The position numbers and the translations under genes are program-made. A stretch of 64,000 bases of DNA from Candidatus Omnitrophota bacterium (GTDB taxonomy: Bacteria; Omnitrophota; Gorgyraeia; Zapsychrales; JAHFFX01): NCBI GenBank assembly GCA_023247705.1, contig JAHFFY010000001.1, positions 33,358 to 97,357 on the forward strand, read 5' to 3'. How positions within the stretch are numbered: position 1 is the stretch's first letter; each line of letters opens with the position of its first letter. Of the stretch, positions 47,420 through 55,934 are shown piece after piece. The notes beneath the pieces are model-generated. The model saw nothing but the letters and a program-made list of their open reading frames with translations, ran no database searches and was not told the DNA's origin.

Positions 47420-48564
47420 AAACCATATTCTGGATTTTATTCATATTAATCGTGTACTGTTATTTTGGATATCCGATCCTGCTTAGCGTTTTCGCCAGCT
47501 GCCGTACGCGAAAAGTTATAAAACAAGAAATTTTTCCAACCATTTCCGTTGTGATCTCGGTTGCGAATGAGGAATCGGTCATTGAGAAGAAGATGAGTAA
47601 CCTTTTATCCATGGATTATCCTTCCGACAAACTGGAAATTTTAATCGGATCGGATGGTTCAACGGATAAAACGAATGATATCGTCCGAAATTTTAACGAC
47701 AAACGCATTCAGCTAATTGTTAGTTCACAGCGAAAAGGGAAGATGGCGACCGTTAATCAACTGGTTCAACTGGCCCAAAACGAAATGATCGTTTTTACGG
47801 ATGCCCGTCAGATGTTTGACCGAGTTGCTTTTAAGGAATTGGTTTTTAACTTTGCCGATCCACACGTAGGATGTGTCAGCGGAGAGTTGATTTTTACGAA
47901 AAAGGAAGGCTCGACCGCTCAGGGAATTAATCTATACTGGGAATATGAAAAATTTATGCGTCAAAAAGAAAGCCAACTTCATTCCATGATCGGGGCAACA
48001 GGAGCGATCTATGCGATCCGTCGAAAATTGTTTGTTCCTGCGCCGACCAATATGATTTTGGATGATGTTTTTACGCCGCTTAAAATTGTTCAACAAGGGT
48101 ACCGTGCGATCTTTGAGGGACAGGCGATCGCTTACGATGAAGCGGCAAACAACCCAAAAGAAGAATATGCGCGGAAAGCCAGAACCTTAGCCGGCAATTA
48201 TCAGATATTTTTTGTTTTGCCGGACATCTTTAACCCCTTGAAAAGTCCTTTGGCGATTCAGATGTTCTCGCATAAACTGCTAAGGGTTTTGATCCCATTT
48301 TTTTTGATTTTTTTGCTCATTATCAATTTTAAATTAAGAAACAATCAATTTTTTATTTTTATTTTATGGGGCCAGATCCTTTTCTACGGGATGGCGATAT
48401 TGGGAAGCTTGGCAAAAAAACCAAAATATGCTATTCTTAAGCCTATTTCTAAAATGTGTTATATTCCCTATGTCTTTTGTCTCCTTAATTTCTCTGCTTT
48501 AGCTGGATTTTGGCGCTTTGTTCGGTCTTCGCAGACGGTCACTTGGGAGAAGGCAAGGACTTAG
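47416..48564 (+). CDS. Membrane-embedded family 2 glycosyltransferase (synthase-like architecture)
   Basis: An N-terminal TM, ISVVISVANEE, GSDGSTD and FTDARQ, then three or more C-terminal TM helices. Confidence 0.7.
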   Translation: MKTIFWILFILIVYCYFGYPILLSVFASCRTRKVIKQEIFPTISVVISVANEESVIEKKMSNLLSMDYPSDKLEILIGSDGSTDKTNDIVRNFNDKRIQLIVSSQRKGKMATVNQLVQLAQNEMIVFTDARQMFDRVAFKELVFNFADPHVGCVSGELIFTKKEGSTAQGINLYWEYEKFMRQKESQLHSMIGATGAIYAIRRKLFVPAPTNMILDDVFTPLKIVQQGYRAIFEGQAIAYDEAANNPKEEYARKARTLAGNYQIFFVLPDIFNPLKSPLAIQMFSHKLLRVLIPFFLIFLLIINFKLRNNQFFIFILWGQILFYGMAILGSLAKKPKYAILKPISKMCYIPYVFCLLNFSALAGFWRFVRSSQTVTWEKART

Positions 48565-48586
48565 CGAAACGATTCAAAATAACGAT

Positions 48587-49405
48587 ATGCGTGAGTTAAT
48601 TACAAAATATAAAAACCAATTTTTAATTGCTTTAATCTTATTATTTACCTATACGCCCACATTAATTTGGATGTGGGATCGATGGTTTACTCGGGATTCT
48701 TATTATTCGCATGGGATTCTTATTCCATTCATTACAGCTTATTTAATCTGGCAGAATAGATCACAGTTAATGCAGATGAAACCAGAAAAATCCGAGATAG
48801 GGATGAAATTGATCATTCTCGGACTGTTTGTTCATTTAATTAGTTCTCTTTTCCGGGTTTATTTTTCCTCTGGTTTTTCTCTGGTGATTGTTATTATCGG
48901 ACTCATTCTTTATTTTTATGGAGAAAAAATTTTAAAAGATATCTCGTTCCCGATCGTTTTTTTATTTTTTATGGTTCCCTTACCGCTGGTTGTTATTATC
49001 AATATTAGTTTTAAGATGAAATTATTCGCGGCTCAAATTGCGGCTGTTGTGTTAAATAGCATGAATATTCTGGCGGTCAGGGAGGGGAGCCTGATTCGCA
49101 TGGCTAATGCCCAAGTTGTCGTCGATGATGTCTGCAGCGGGTTGCGATCTTTGATGTCGTTGACGGCCTTAGGAAGCATTTTTGCGTATTGGATGAAAGG
49201 GCCGATGTGGAAGCGGCTTTTACTGTTTTTGTCTACAGTCCCCATCGCGGTGATCACAAATGTGTGCCGAATTATATTGCTTGCTTCGGTCAGCGAGATT
49301 TGGGGGTCGAAATACGCGACGGGGTTTATTCATGATCTTTCTGGCTTTATTGTTTTTGCGTTAGCTTTTATTTTATTGTATTCAGTTTCTAGGTTAATGG
49401 AATAA
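48587..49405 (+). CDS. Exosortase (EpsH/Xrt family transpeptidase)
   Basis: Polytopic membrane protein with catalytic-residue contexts DDVCSGLRS (Cys), NVCRI (Arg) and HDLSG (His). ATG 48587 was chosen; the track start at 48518 overlaps the upstream gene. Confidence 0.85.
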   Translation: MRELITKYKNQFLIALILLFTYTPTLIWMWDRWFTRDSYYSHGILIPFITAYLIWQNRSQLMQMKPEKSEIGMKLIILGLFVHLISSLFRVYFSSGFSLVIVIIGLILYFYGEKILKDISFPIVFLFFMVPLPLVVIINISFKMKLFAAQIAAVVLNSMNILAVREGSLIRMANAQVVVDDVCSGLRSLMSLTALGSIFAYWMKGPMWKRLLLFLSTVPIAVITNVCRIILLASVSEIWGSKYATGFIHDLSGFIVFALAFILLYSVSRLME

Positions 49406-49407
49406 AT

Positions 49408-50043
49408 ATGATACGTGATAAAAATTTTGGCATCATTGTTTGTCTTCTATTAATTTCCGGAATAATTTCCTGGGTTTTATATTTCAAGGAATATACTCAA
49501 GTGGATACAGTGGATATTACCAAATTTCCGAAATCGATATCGGGCTGGACAGCTGAAGATCTTCCAATCAGCAAGGAAGAGTATGATATTTTAGAGACTC
49601 ACAATGTCGTAGCAAGGCGTTATAAAAATATTCAGAATGAACCGATATATCTCTTAATTGTTTATTCTCAGCATAATCGCAAAATTTCTCATCCTCCAGA
49701 AGTTTGCTATACAGGGGGAGGCGTTACTATTTTAGAAAATGTTAAAGATAAGATCCCTGTTTCTGCAGGAAAGAATATAATCAGTGCGAACCGATTACTT
49801 TTAGAGCTAAGGGGGACCAAGCAGTTTTCGTATTATTGGTTTAAAGTAGGCGATTCGTTTACCGCGAACTATTGGAATCAACAAGCCCTCATTGCCGTAA
49901 AAACATTGTTTGGGCAGCCTCATAGTAGCGCATTAATTCGAATTTCATCCGACATCAGCAAGAATGATGAAAAAGGGGCTATTGATCGAATTAAGTACTT
50001 TACAAATTTGATCCTAAATGATTTAAATCGATATCTGCCGTAA
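49408..50043 (+). CDS. EpsI-family exosortase-associated protein
   Basis: One N-terminal TM plus a ~180-aa periplasmic domain. It starts 2 nt after the exosortase stop, which is the usual Xrt-EpsI pairing. Confidence 0.7.
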   Translation: MIRDKNFGIIVCLLLISGIISWVLYFKEYTQVDTVDITKFPKSISGWTAEDLPISKEEYDILETHNVVARRYKNIQNEPIYLLIVYSQHNRKISHPPEVCYTGGGVTILENVKDKIPVSAGKNIISANRLLLELRGTKQFSYYWFKVGDSFTANYWNQQALIAVKTLFGQPHSSALIRISSDISKNDEKGAIDRIKYFTNLILNDLNRYLP

Positions 50044-50080
50044 AAAATATCAAATCGTTGGGACCTCAAATCATGAATAA

Positions 50081-50110
50081 TTCTGTTTGTTAAACAGAAA
50101 ATTTTTTTTC
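50081..50110 (+). terminator. Candidate rho-independent terminator after epsI
   Basis: TTCTGTTT-gtt-AAACAGAA hairpin followed by an A-TTTTTTTT run. The stem is AT-rich and therefore weak. Confidence 0.45.
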
Positions 50111-50297
50111 GATCCGAAAAAGGGATGAAAATTAAAAACAACATGCGTTTAATAAATTCAACATCTTTTGATTCTAATTTTATAATTTCCCAATAAATTG
50201 TTGGAAATTGTTAAGTTTTTATAGTTTCTCTTATTGTAAGGTTATATTTAGCAATAATTTATAATAGAGGTGTTTCTTAAATGATTTTTAAAAAACT

Positions 50298-50313
50298 TGG
50301 CACATTATTTGCT
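50298..50313 (+). promoter_or_regulatory. Sigma-54 (-24/-12) promoter, TGGCAC-N5-TTGCT
   Basis: TGGCACattatTTGCT is the second exact consensus match in the window. It lies 45 nt upstream of the sugar transferase start. Confidence 0.75.
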
Positions 50314-50357
50314 ATAAAGATTGTGTACCAAAGTTTAACAAAGCTAAATTTACATCT

Positions 50358-51224
50358 ATGGAAACTCAGAAAAAAATCAATCACAACTCTAAAGGAAAAA
50401 TGACAGTTGTTTTAGCGGTCATTTTCCTCATGCTATTTGTTCAAGCAGCTTGGGCGACCCTTTCCTTTCTCAAACCGTATGACAGTGACATCCAATCAAC
50501 GAATATAAAGGAAGGCAATGCATCAGAAATTCCTGAGCAATTACCCGAAAATTCGAAATCGCATGCTCCTGAGCCGACAACTCTAGCGTTATTTGGGAGT
50601 GGTGTTCTTGGGATGGTTGTGAGTGCCATTCGAAAGGCTTATAACCATGCAAAAAGAATTTTTGATATATTTGTATCAATTGTCGCTTTTATCATCCTTT
50701 CTCCATTGTTTTTATTTGCTGCCGTTCTCATCAAGTTGAGCTCCCGCGGACCGGTTTTGTTCACCCAAGAGCGAGTAGGAAAAGATGGAAAACATTTCAA
50801 AATTTATAAATTCCGTACCATGCGCGTGGATGCTGAGAAAGAAACAGGGCCGGTTTGGGCAAAGGCAAATGACACTAGACTTATCCCTTCCGGACGTTTT
50901 TTAAGAAAGACTCATATTGATGAAATCCCTCAGTTTTTTAATGTCCTTATAGGTGACATGAGTATTATTGGGCCAAGACCTGAACGGCCAGTTTTCGTAA
51001 CTAAATTTAAAGAAATTATTCCTGATTATGAACAAAGACTATCAGTCAAACCGGGCATTACTGGTTTAGCGCAAGTTTGGCATAAATATGATGAGACGAT
51101 CGAAGATGTCCGTAAAAAAATCCGTTATGATTTGTTATATATTAAAAAGTTATGTCTTTGGACTGATTTAAAGATATTTTTAAGGACTTTTCGGGTTGTT
51201 CTAACTGGAGAGGGAGCTCGATAG
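50358..51224 (+). CDS. Priming phosphoglycosyl transferase (bacterial sugar transferase, PglC/WbaP-C type) with an N-terminal signal peptide + PEP-CTERM-like module
   Basis: The catalytic part carries KRIFDIF, a re-entrant helix, FTQERVGKDGKHFKIYKFRTM and IGPRPE. Residues 1-99 form a signal peptide (..VQAAWA), a polar linker, and HAPEPTTLALFGSGVLGMVVSAIRK. Confidence 0.8.
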   Translation: METQKKINHNSKGKMTVVLAVIFLMLFVQAAWATLSFLKPYDSDIQSTNIKEGNASEIPEQLPENSKSHAPEPTTLALFGSGVLGMVVSAIRKAYNHAKRIFDIFVSIVAFIILSPLFLFAAVLIKLSSRGPVLFTQERVGKDGKHFKIYKFRTMRVDAEKETGPVWAKANDTRLIPSGRFLRKTHIDEIPQFFNVLIGDMSIIGPRPERPVFVTKFKEIIPDYEQRLSVKPGITGLAQVWHKYDETIEDVRKKIRYDLLYIKKLCLWTDLKIFLRTFRVVLTGEGAR

Positions 51225-51292
51225 TTAAGTAATAAATTTTTGAGTAAAAAAAGTATTGTTTAATTTGATCAGTACAGTTACAATCTAATATC

Positions 51293-51321
51293 TTGACATC
51301 TAGGTGGTGTCTTTATATAGA
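51293..51321 (+). promoter_or_regulatory. Candidate sigma-70 promoter (TTGACA-N17-TATAGA)
   Basis: TTGACA is at 51293-51298 and TATAGA at 51316-51321, upstream of the PEP-CTERM protein gene. Confidence 0.4.
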
Positions 51322-51377
51322 GAATAGTTTCAAACCGTAATAAAAAGATAAATGTAACAAATAAAGGGGGAGTTTAA

Positions 51378-52289
51378 ATGAAGAAGTTATTTGTAGTTTT
51401 AGCCCTAGTTGTTGGAGTGTTCTCAATTAACTCCCAAGTTTGGGCACAACCGTTTACACCATCGATGGCGGGAGATACTTATGATACTACGCCAGATGCG
51501 ATCCCGACTCCTAAGGATAATAATGATAACTTAGGACCTTATTCGGGTACGCCTTATACGTTAAGTTCAACAGAACCTGGTTCACATGGACCTAACCCGG
51601 CGGACATCAACGATGCCATCAATTTGCTTTTGAGCACTGCTTACGTAAGAAATCAAGATGTTGATTTCCTTCGTTTTCTTGGCCCAGATGCAACCTGGAA
51701 AGACTTGAGCACAATAGATAACGATGGAACATATGTGCTCGTTTCTCTTACCGCAGCTAACGAAAATACCTTAAGAGTGTATGATGTGGCTTCACCTGGG
51801 ATTAAATTGAATGTTCTTGGCCCAGATCGGGGTTTTGGATATACTGGGGATGGAAGCCTGGCTAAACCTTTTGAGGCTGGTTTTTCTCCATTAACTCCAG
51901 GAACGAACTTTGGTTGGTCACTAAAAAGTGAAAGAAAGGCACCCCAGACTCCTCCATTTTTTGTAAGAGAATGGGATTCCAATGTCGCTTTTAACGTTGA
52001 TGGTTTGGATCATATGTTGACATACCATTTAGCCGATTTAAAAGGTAAGAAAGTTTACATCAAAGTTGGCACGGTTGTTCAGCAGTATACGTTTAACGAT
52101 CCATATCTTTTAGCCTGGGAAGACAAAGGATTAGGCACAGATGGTAAACTAGGCGATGAAGATTATGATGATCTTATTTATCTAGTTGATCGCGTTCAAC
52201 CTTTCAACCCGGTTCCAGAACCGATGAGCATGATGTTGCTCGGTAGTGGGTTGGTTGGTTTAGTTGGTTTAAGAAAGAAGATTAGTTAA
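51378..52289 (+). CDS. Secreted PEP-CTERM sorting-domain protein with DUF4114-like acidic motif
   Basis: Signal peptide (..SQVWAQ). GDEDYDDLIYLVDRV resembles DUF4114. The C-terminus VPEPMSMMLLGSGLVGLVGLRKKIS carries the PEP motif, a TM helix and a basic tail. Confidence 0.85.
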   Translation: MKKLFVVLALVVGVFSINSQVWAQPFTPSMAGDTYDTTPDAIPTPKDNNDNLGPYSGTPYTLSSTEPGSHGPNPADINDAINLLLSTAYVRNQDVDFLRFLGPDATWKDLSTIDNDGTYVLVSLTAANENTLRVYDVASPGIKLNVLGPDRGFGYTGDGSLAKPFEAGFSPLTPGTNFGWSLKSERKAPQTPPFFVREWDSNVAFNVDGLDHMLTYHLADLKGKKVYIKVGTVVQQYTFNDPYLLAWEDKGLGTDGKLGDEDYDDLIYLVDRVQPFNPVPEPMSMMLLGSGLVGLVGLRKKIS

Positions 52290-52381
52290 TAATCTTTTAC
52301 GGAATTATCAGAAGTAAAAGAAAATATATTCCCTAGAGCATTTGATAACCTGTAGCAAAAAGGAGAGGAGGTTCATATGAG

Positions 52382-52660
52382 ATGTCAAAAGACACGAAAA
52401 AACTTTTATCTTTTGCCCTTATCTCGTTATTTCTCCCGTTCTTTGTCGGGTGTCAAGGTGCTGCCAATCAACTAAGTGAATTCACCTTGGGTGGGGGTGG
52501 TACAAACAATGCTGTTAGTTCTGGTTTTTTCCCCCTTAGTGTTGTAGATGGAGGTACTGCGATAGCAGCCATCCACAATCCAGAACCTACAACAGTGTTA
52601 TTGTTAGGGAGTGGCTTCATAACAATGGGTTTATATAGGAATCGAAGAAAGAATAGATAA
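52382..52660 (+). CDS. Miniature PEP-CTERM protein with lipoprotein-type signal peptide
   Basis: 92 aa. The N-terminus LFLPFFVGC is lipobox-like, followed by a Gly-rich ~40-aa core and the C-terminus NPEPTTVLLLGSGFITMGLYRNRRKNR. GGAGAGGAGG lies upstream. Confidence 0.75.
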   Translation: MSKDTKKLLSFALISLFLPFFVGCQGAANQLSEFTLGGGGTNNAVSSGFFPLSVVDGGTAIAAIHNPEPTTVLLLGSGFITMGLYRNRRKNR

Positions 52661-52692
52661 TCGATCCCTTATATATGAAATAAGATAAAAAA

Positions 52693-52731
52693 ATACGGTA
52701 GGATGAGTGATCTTCCTACCGTATTTTTTTT
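52693..52731 (+). terminator. Rho-independent terminator (potentially bidirectional)
   Basis: Perfect 11-bp stem ATACGGTAGGA / TCCTACCGTAT (52693-52703 and 52714-52724). A T7 run follows and an A-run precedes it. Confidence 0.8.
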
Positions 52732-52770
52732 ATTCGTGACCGTACTTAAGGCAAAAATTTGGCTTTATGT

Positions 52771-52798
52771 TTGACACGAATCGTATCTATGTTAAAAT
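52771..52798 (+). promoter_or_regulatory. Candidate sigma-70 promoter (TTGACA-N16-TAAAAT)
   Basis: TTGACA is at 52771-52776 and TAAAAT at 52793-52798, about 40 nt upstream of the next gene. Confidence 0.45.
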
Positions 52799-52836
52799 AA
52801 CTCACTTGTTTAGAGATAATAATAATTGAATTTATA

Positions 52837-53706
52837 ATGAATAAGCATAAAAACAATAAAAGTTTGATTTCTTTGCTGCGGTCATCAATTGAGATTCTAT
52901 TTCATAAACCATTGATTTTCTATCCCTATGTGATTTCAATTTTTATTCAACTTTTTGTGCTTGAAATTTTATACTTTGCACCGCGGTATCCTTTATCGCT
53001 ATTTTTTGCTCCCCTGATCAGACAATTTTGGGGGGAAATGTTTTTACATTTTCCGTTTAATCTCCTTTTATTGCCTGTTTTATTCCAATACGTAAAAACC
53101 CCGATTTATATTATCTCGAGCAGTTATCTCATTGGGATAGCAATCATTATCATCGCTGCCATTAACGAAGATCAAACGATTAGCTTTAAATCGGCCGCCA
53201 AAAAGGTATTGCCTCGCTATATCCATTTGATCTTCATCACTAGCATTTCTTATTCACTTTTTTATGGATTTTCGCAACTTTATGGATTGGTGATCAAAAG
53301 GGCCTTTATTATTCACTCTGAGACAGGAATATTTTATTTAATTAAGCGGATTGTGCTTGATGGGACTCCCTTTTTCTCCCTTTTAATAAGCGTTTTTGTT
53401 TCGACCCTCTTAGTTTTTATGATGCCGCTCCTCCTGCTCGAAAAAAAGAATTTATTCGCAGCGTTTTGGACTAATTTGAAGAAAGTTATTAAATCCTTCT
53501 GGTTTGTCTTGGGGATTGTTTTATTGCCGACCTTGTTATATCTGCCAGTCTTGTTATTGAGTAGTAATCTATCGAGTTTTGGAAATGGGGTTGCTCCTGA
53601 AATCCGAATGTCCCTCACAATAGCCAATATCCTTATTATAGTGATCATTGATGCCATCGTTTATACAGCGATAACATTATATTATTTATTTGATCAAGAA
53701 AATTAA
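52837..53706 (+). CDS. Polytopic membrane protein, unknown function
   Basis: Six or seven hydrophobic helices. No family was recognised. Confidence 0.4.
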   Translation: MNKHKNNKSLISLLRSSIEILFHKPLIFYPYVISIFIQLFVLEILYFAPRYPLSLFFAPLIRQFWGEMFLHFPFNLLLLPVLFQYVKTPIYIISSSYLIGIAIIIIAAINEDQTISFKSAAKKVLPRYIHLIFITSISYSLFYGFSQLYGLVIKRAFIIHSETGIFYLIKRIVLDGTPFFSLLISVFVSTLLVFMMPLLLLEKKNLFAAFWTNLKKVIKSFWFVLGIVLLPTLLYLPVLLLSSNLSSFGNGVAPEIRMSLTIANILIIVIIDAIVYTAITLYYLFDQEN

Positions 53707-54614
53707 TGATTAAACGATCAATATTAATCTTTACCAGCATTCTCACCGTAGTCTATGGAATTCTTACTTTCCTTGACAGGGGGGGAGAGTATCAAGTCGA
53801 GCAGATGATTTGGAAGGCGAATGAAAAATTTCATGAGATCGCCAGAGATCCTGCCGCAGTTCCCGATCAATCTTTTGACCAACTTAGTCGACAGTATCAA
53901 AAAATTATTGAAAAATTCCCTAAATCGCCGTTAGCCAAAAAAGCGTATTTGGCGATTGGAAGGTTATATTTGGTGCAAAAAGATTTTCCGAAAACACGAC
54001 TAGTCATGGAGAAAGTCCTGCAAAGATATCCGGATGATCAGGATTTCTCAGCGGAATGTCTTACGGTCATAGGAAAATCATATGAGTTGGCAGGAGATCC
54101 GGTCAACGCGGTTAAGGTTTACACAGGCATAATGACCCAATATCCTGTAACGGATATCGGACTAAGTACGCCGTTATATATCGCAAATTATTACAAGAGC
54201 ATAAATCAAAACAATAAATTTATGTCAGCCTATAATAGTGCGATTTCACATTATAAAACTCTATCAGCGAAATATCCTAATTCCTCAACAGATCTGAAAA
54301 GTCTTCGTTTATTGGCGAATTGTTATATTGAAATGAAAATGTGGAATGAGGCCGTAGAGACTTTCGGACAGATATTAATATCATACCCTTCTAAGGCTGA
54401 TCTCACCCCGCAACGGGCAAATTTGATCCTCAAATCGATTAATACTATTTCAACCATCCAGCTTAAGAATTATGATATTCCGATACGCATATACCAAAAC
54501 TTCATTGATCAACATCCCCAACATGGTTTAAACAAGGTTCTCCATGAGATGATAAAATCCTTTAATCTCTTGCGAATTAAAGGCGTGGAGGTCGACACTA
54601 AGAATGCGGGATAA
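53706..54614 (+). CDS. Tetratricopeptide-repeat protein with N-terminal anchor (short PrsT-like?)
   Basis: N-terminal TM/signal, then repeated A..Y..G/A..Y TPR-like 34-mers (e.g. AKKAYLAIGRLYLVQKDF). Confidence 0.55.
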   Translation: MIKRSILIFTSILTVVYGILTFLDRGGEYQVEQMIWKANEKFHEIARDPAAVPDQSFDQLSRQYQKIIEKFPKSPLAKKAYLAIGRLYLVQKDFPKTRLVMEKVLQRYPDDQDFSAECLTVIGKSYELAGDPVNAVKVYTGIMTQYPVTDIGLSTPLYIANYYKSINQNNKFMSAYNSAISHYKTLSAKYPNSSTDLKSLRLLANCYIEMKMWNEAVETFGQILISYPSKADLTPQRANLILKSINTISTIQLKNYDIPIRIYQNFIDQHPQHGLNKVLHEMIKSFNLLRIKGVEVDTKNAG

Positions 54615-54632
54615 ATCCTACGCTTGATTATC

Positions 54633-55934
54633 ATGACTAGAACACTAGAAGATTTTTCTCACAGCATTCTTTTTCAAAAAATTAGCGATATTTGTGCCAG
54701 CGTTAATATCGTTAAGAATGCGCGCGAACTTTTAGAATTGTCCTTGAAGCAAACGATGGATCTTTTTGGCGCAAAAAGAGGCTCGATTTTTATTTTTAAT
54801 GAGAATAAGAAAGAATTGATCCTGAAGATCGCGCATGGTATGGAAATAAATGAACAAAAGCAAATGGTCAAACGTTTGGGAGAAGGAGTGGTCGGTAAGG
54901 TTGCTCAAATCAAAAAGCCTATTGTTGTCTATGATATCGCGGATGACAGCCGATTTAACAATTTTAAACCTAGGCGAAGCTATCATACACCATCGTTCAT
55001 TTGTGGTCCGCTGTTAATTAAAGATAAACTCATAGGGGTCATTAACATTGCGGATAAAAATTCTGGACATCGTTTTAATAATGAAGAGCTTCAGCTCCTT
55101 GATTTTTTGTCAAGTCAGATTGCCCTGAACTATCGGCGCATACAACTGTATCAGAAATTTAAGAATTTAGTCAAAGAGTCCAAATACCTTAAAACTAAAT
55201 TAGGCAAAAGCAGCGCTGAAGCAGATGATCTAAAGAAGAAAATTGTAGTGCAAGAAAAATTTGCCTCAATCGGGAAACTTGCTGGAGGCATTGCGCATGA
55301 ATTTAATAACCCTTTAGATGGCGTTATCCGCTACACAAATCTTTCGTTAGAGCATATTAAAGACGATGATGTCGTTCGTGGATATTTATTAGAAATTAAG
55401 TATGGCCTTAATCGTATGGCAAATATCGTGAGAAGTCTTCTTGCCTGTTCACGAAATTCACGTCTTGCTATAGAGGAAATCGAAATTAATCGTTCGATTG
55501 AACAAGTGATTCTTAATCTTAAATCAGAAATTGCATATAAGAAGTTAATCATCGAGAAAGATTTTGATCATACGATCCCACCGATTATGGATTTAGGGAT
55601 GGAGTTAATCGTTTCCAACTTGTTTCGTAATGCCATTGACGCAGTTGATAAGGGGGGGAAAGTCACGGTTGTTACGCGAAATTTACACAATTATGTTTCG
55701 CTTAAAATCATTGATTCAGGATGCGGATTTTCAAGAGAATTAGCTCAAAAAATATTAGAGCCATTTTATACAACCAAAGACATTGATAAAGGATGTGGCT
55801 TAGGGTTAACGATTGTTAACGAAATCGTCAAGAGTTATGACGGAAAGATGACGATTGAAAGCGTCCCGAAAAAAGGTTCAACATTCACGATTTTTATTCC
55901 ATTAAAGATAAAAGATGAAAAAAGAATTATATAG
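54633..55934 (+). CDS. Cytoplasmic GAF-domain sensor histidine kinase
   Basis: A GAF region (GSIFIF...GVVGKVAQ...), the H-box HEFNNPL, a FRNAIDA N-box, DSGCGF and GLGLTIV. No TM segments are present. Confidence 0.8.
   Translation: MTRTLEDFSHSILFQKISDICASVNIVKNARELLELSLKQTMDLFGAKRGSIFIFNENKKELILKIAHGMEINEQKQMVKRLGEGVVGKVAQIKKPIVVYDIADDSRFNNFKPRRSYHTPSFICGPLLIKDKLIGVINIADKNSGHRFNNEELQLLDFLSSQIALNYRRIQLYQKFKNLVKESKYLKTKLGKSSAEADDLKKKIVVQEKFASIGKLAGGIAHEFNNPLDGVIRYTNLSLEHIKDDDVVRGYLLEIKYGLNRMANIVRSLLACSRNSRLAIEEIEINRSIEQVILNLKSEIAYKKLIIEKDFDHTIPPIMDLGMELIVSNLFRNAIDAVDKGGKVTVVTRNLHNYVSLKIIDSGCGFSRELAQKILEPFYTTKDIDKGCGLGLTIVNEIVKSYDGKMTIESVPKKGSTFTIFIPLKIKDEKRII

Noticed and set aside
52760-52775. 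A sigma-54-like TGGCTTTATGTTTGA upstream of the membrane protein gene.
   Set aside because: The -12 element is TTGA rather than TTGC, and the -24 element lacks the AC. A good sigma-70 TTGACA-N16-TAAAAT overlaps and explains the region better.
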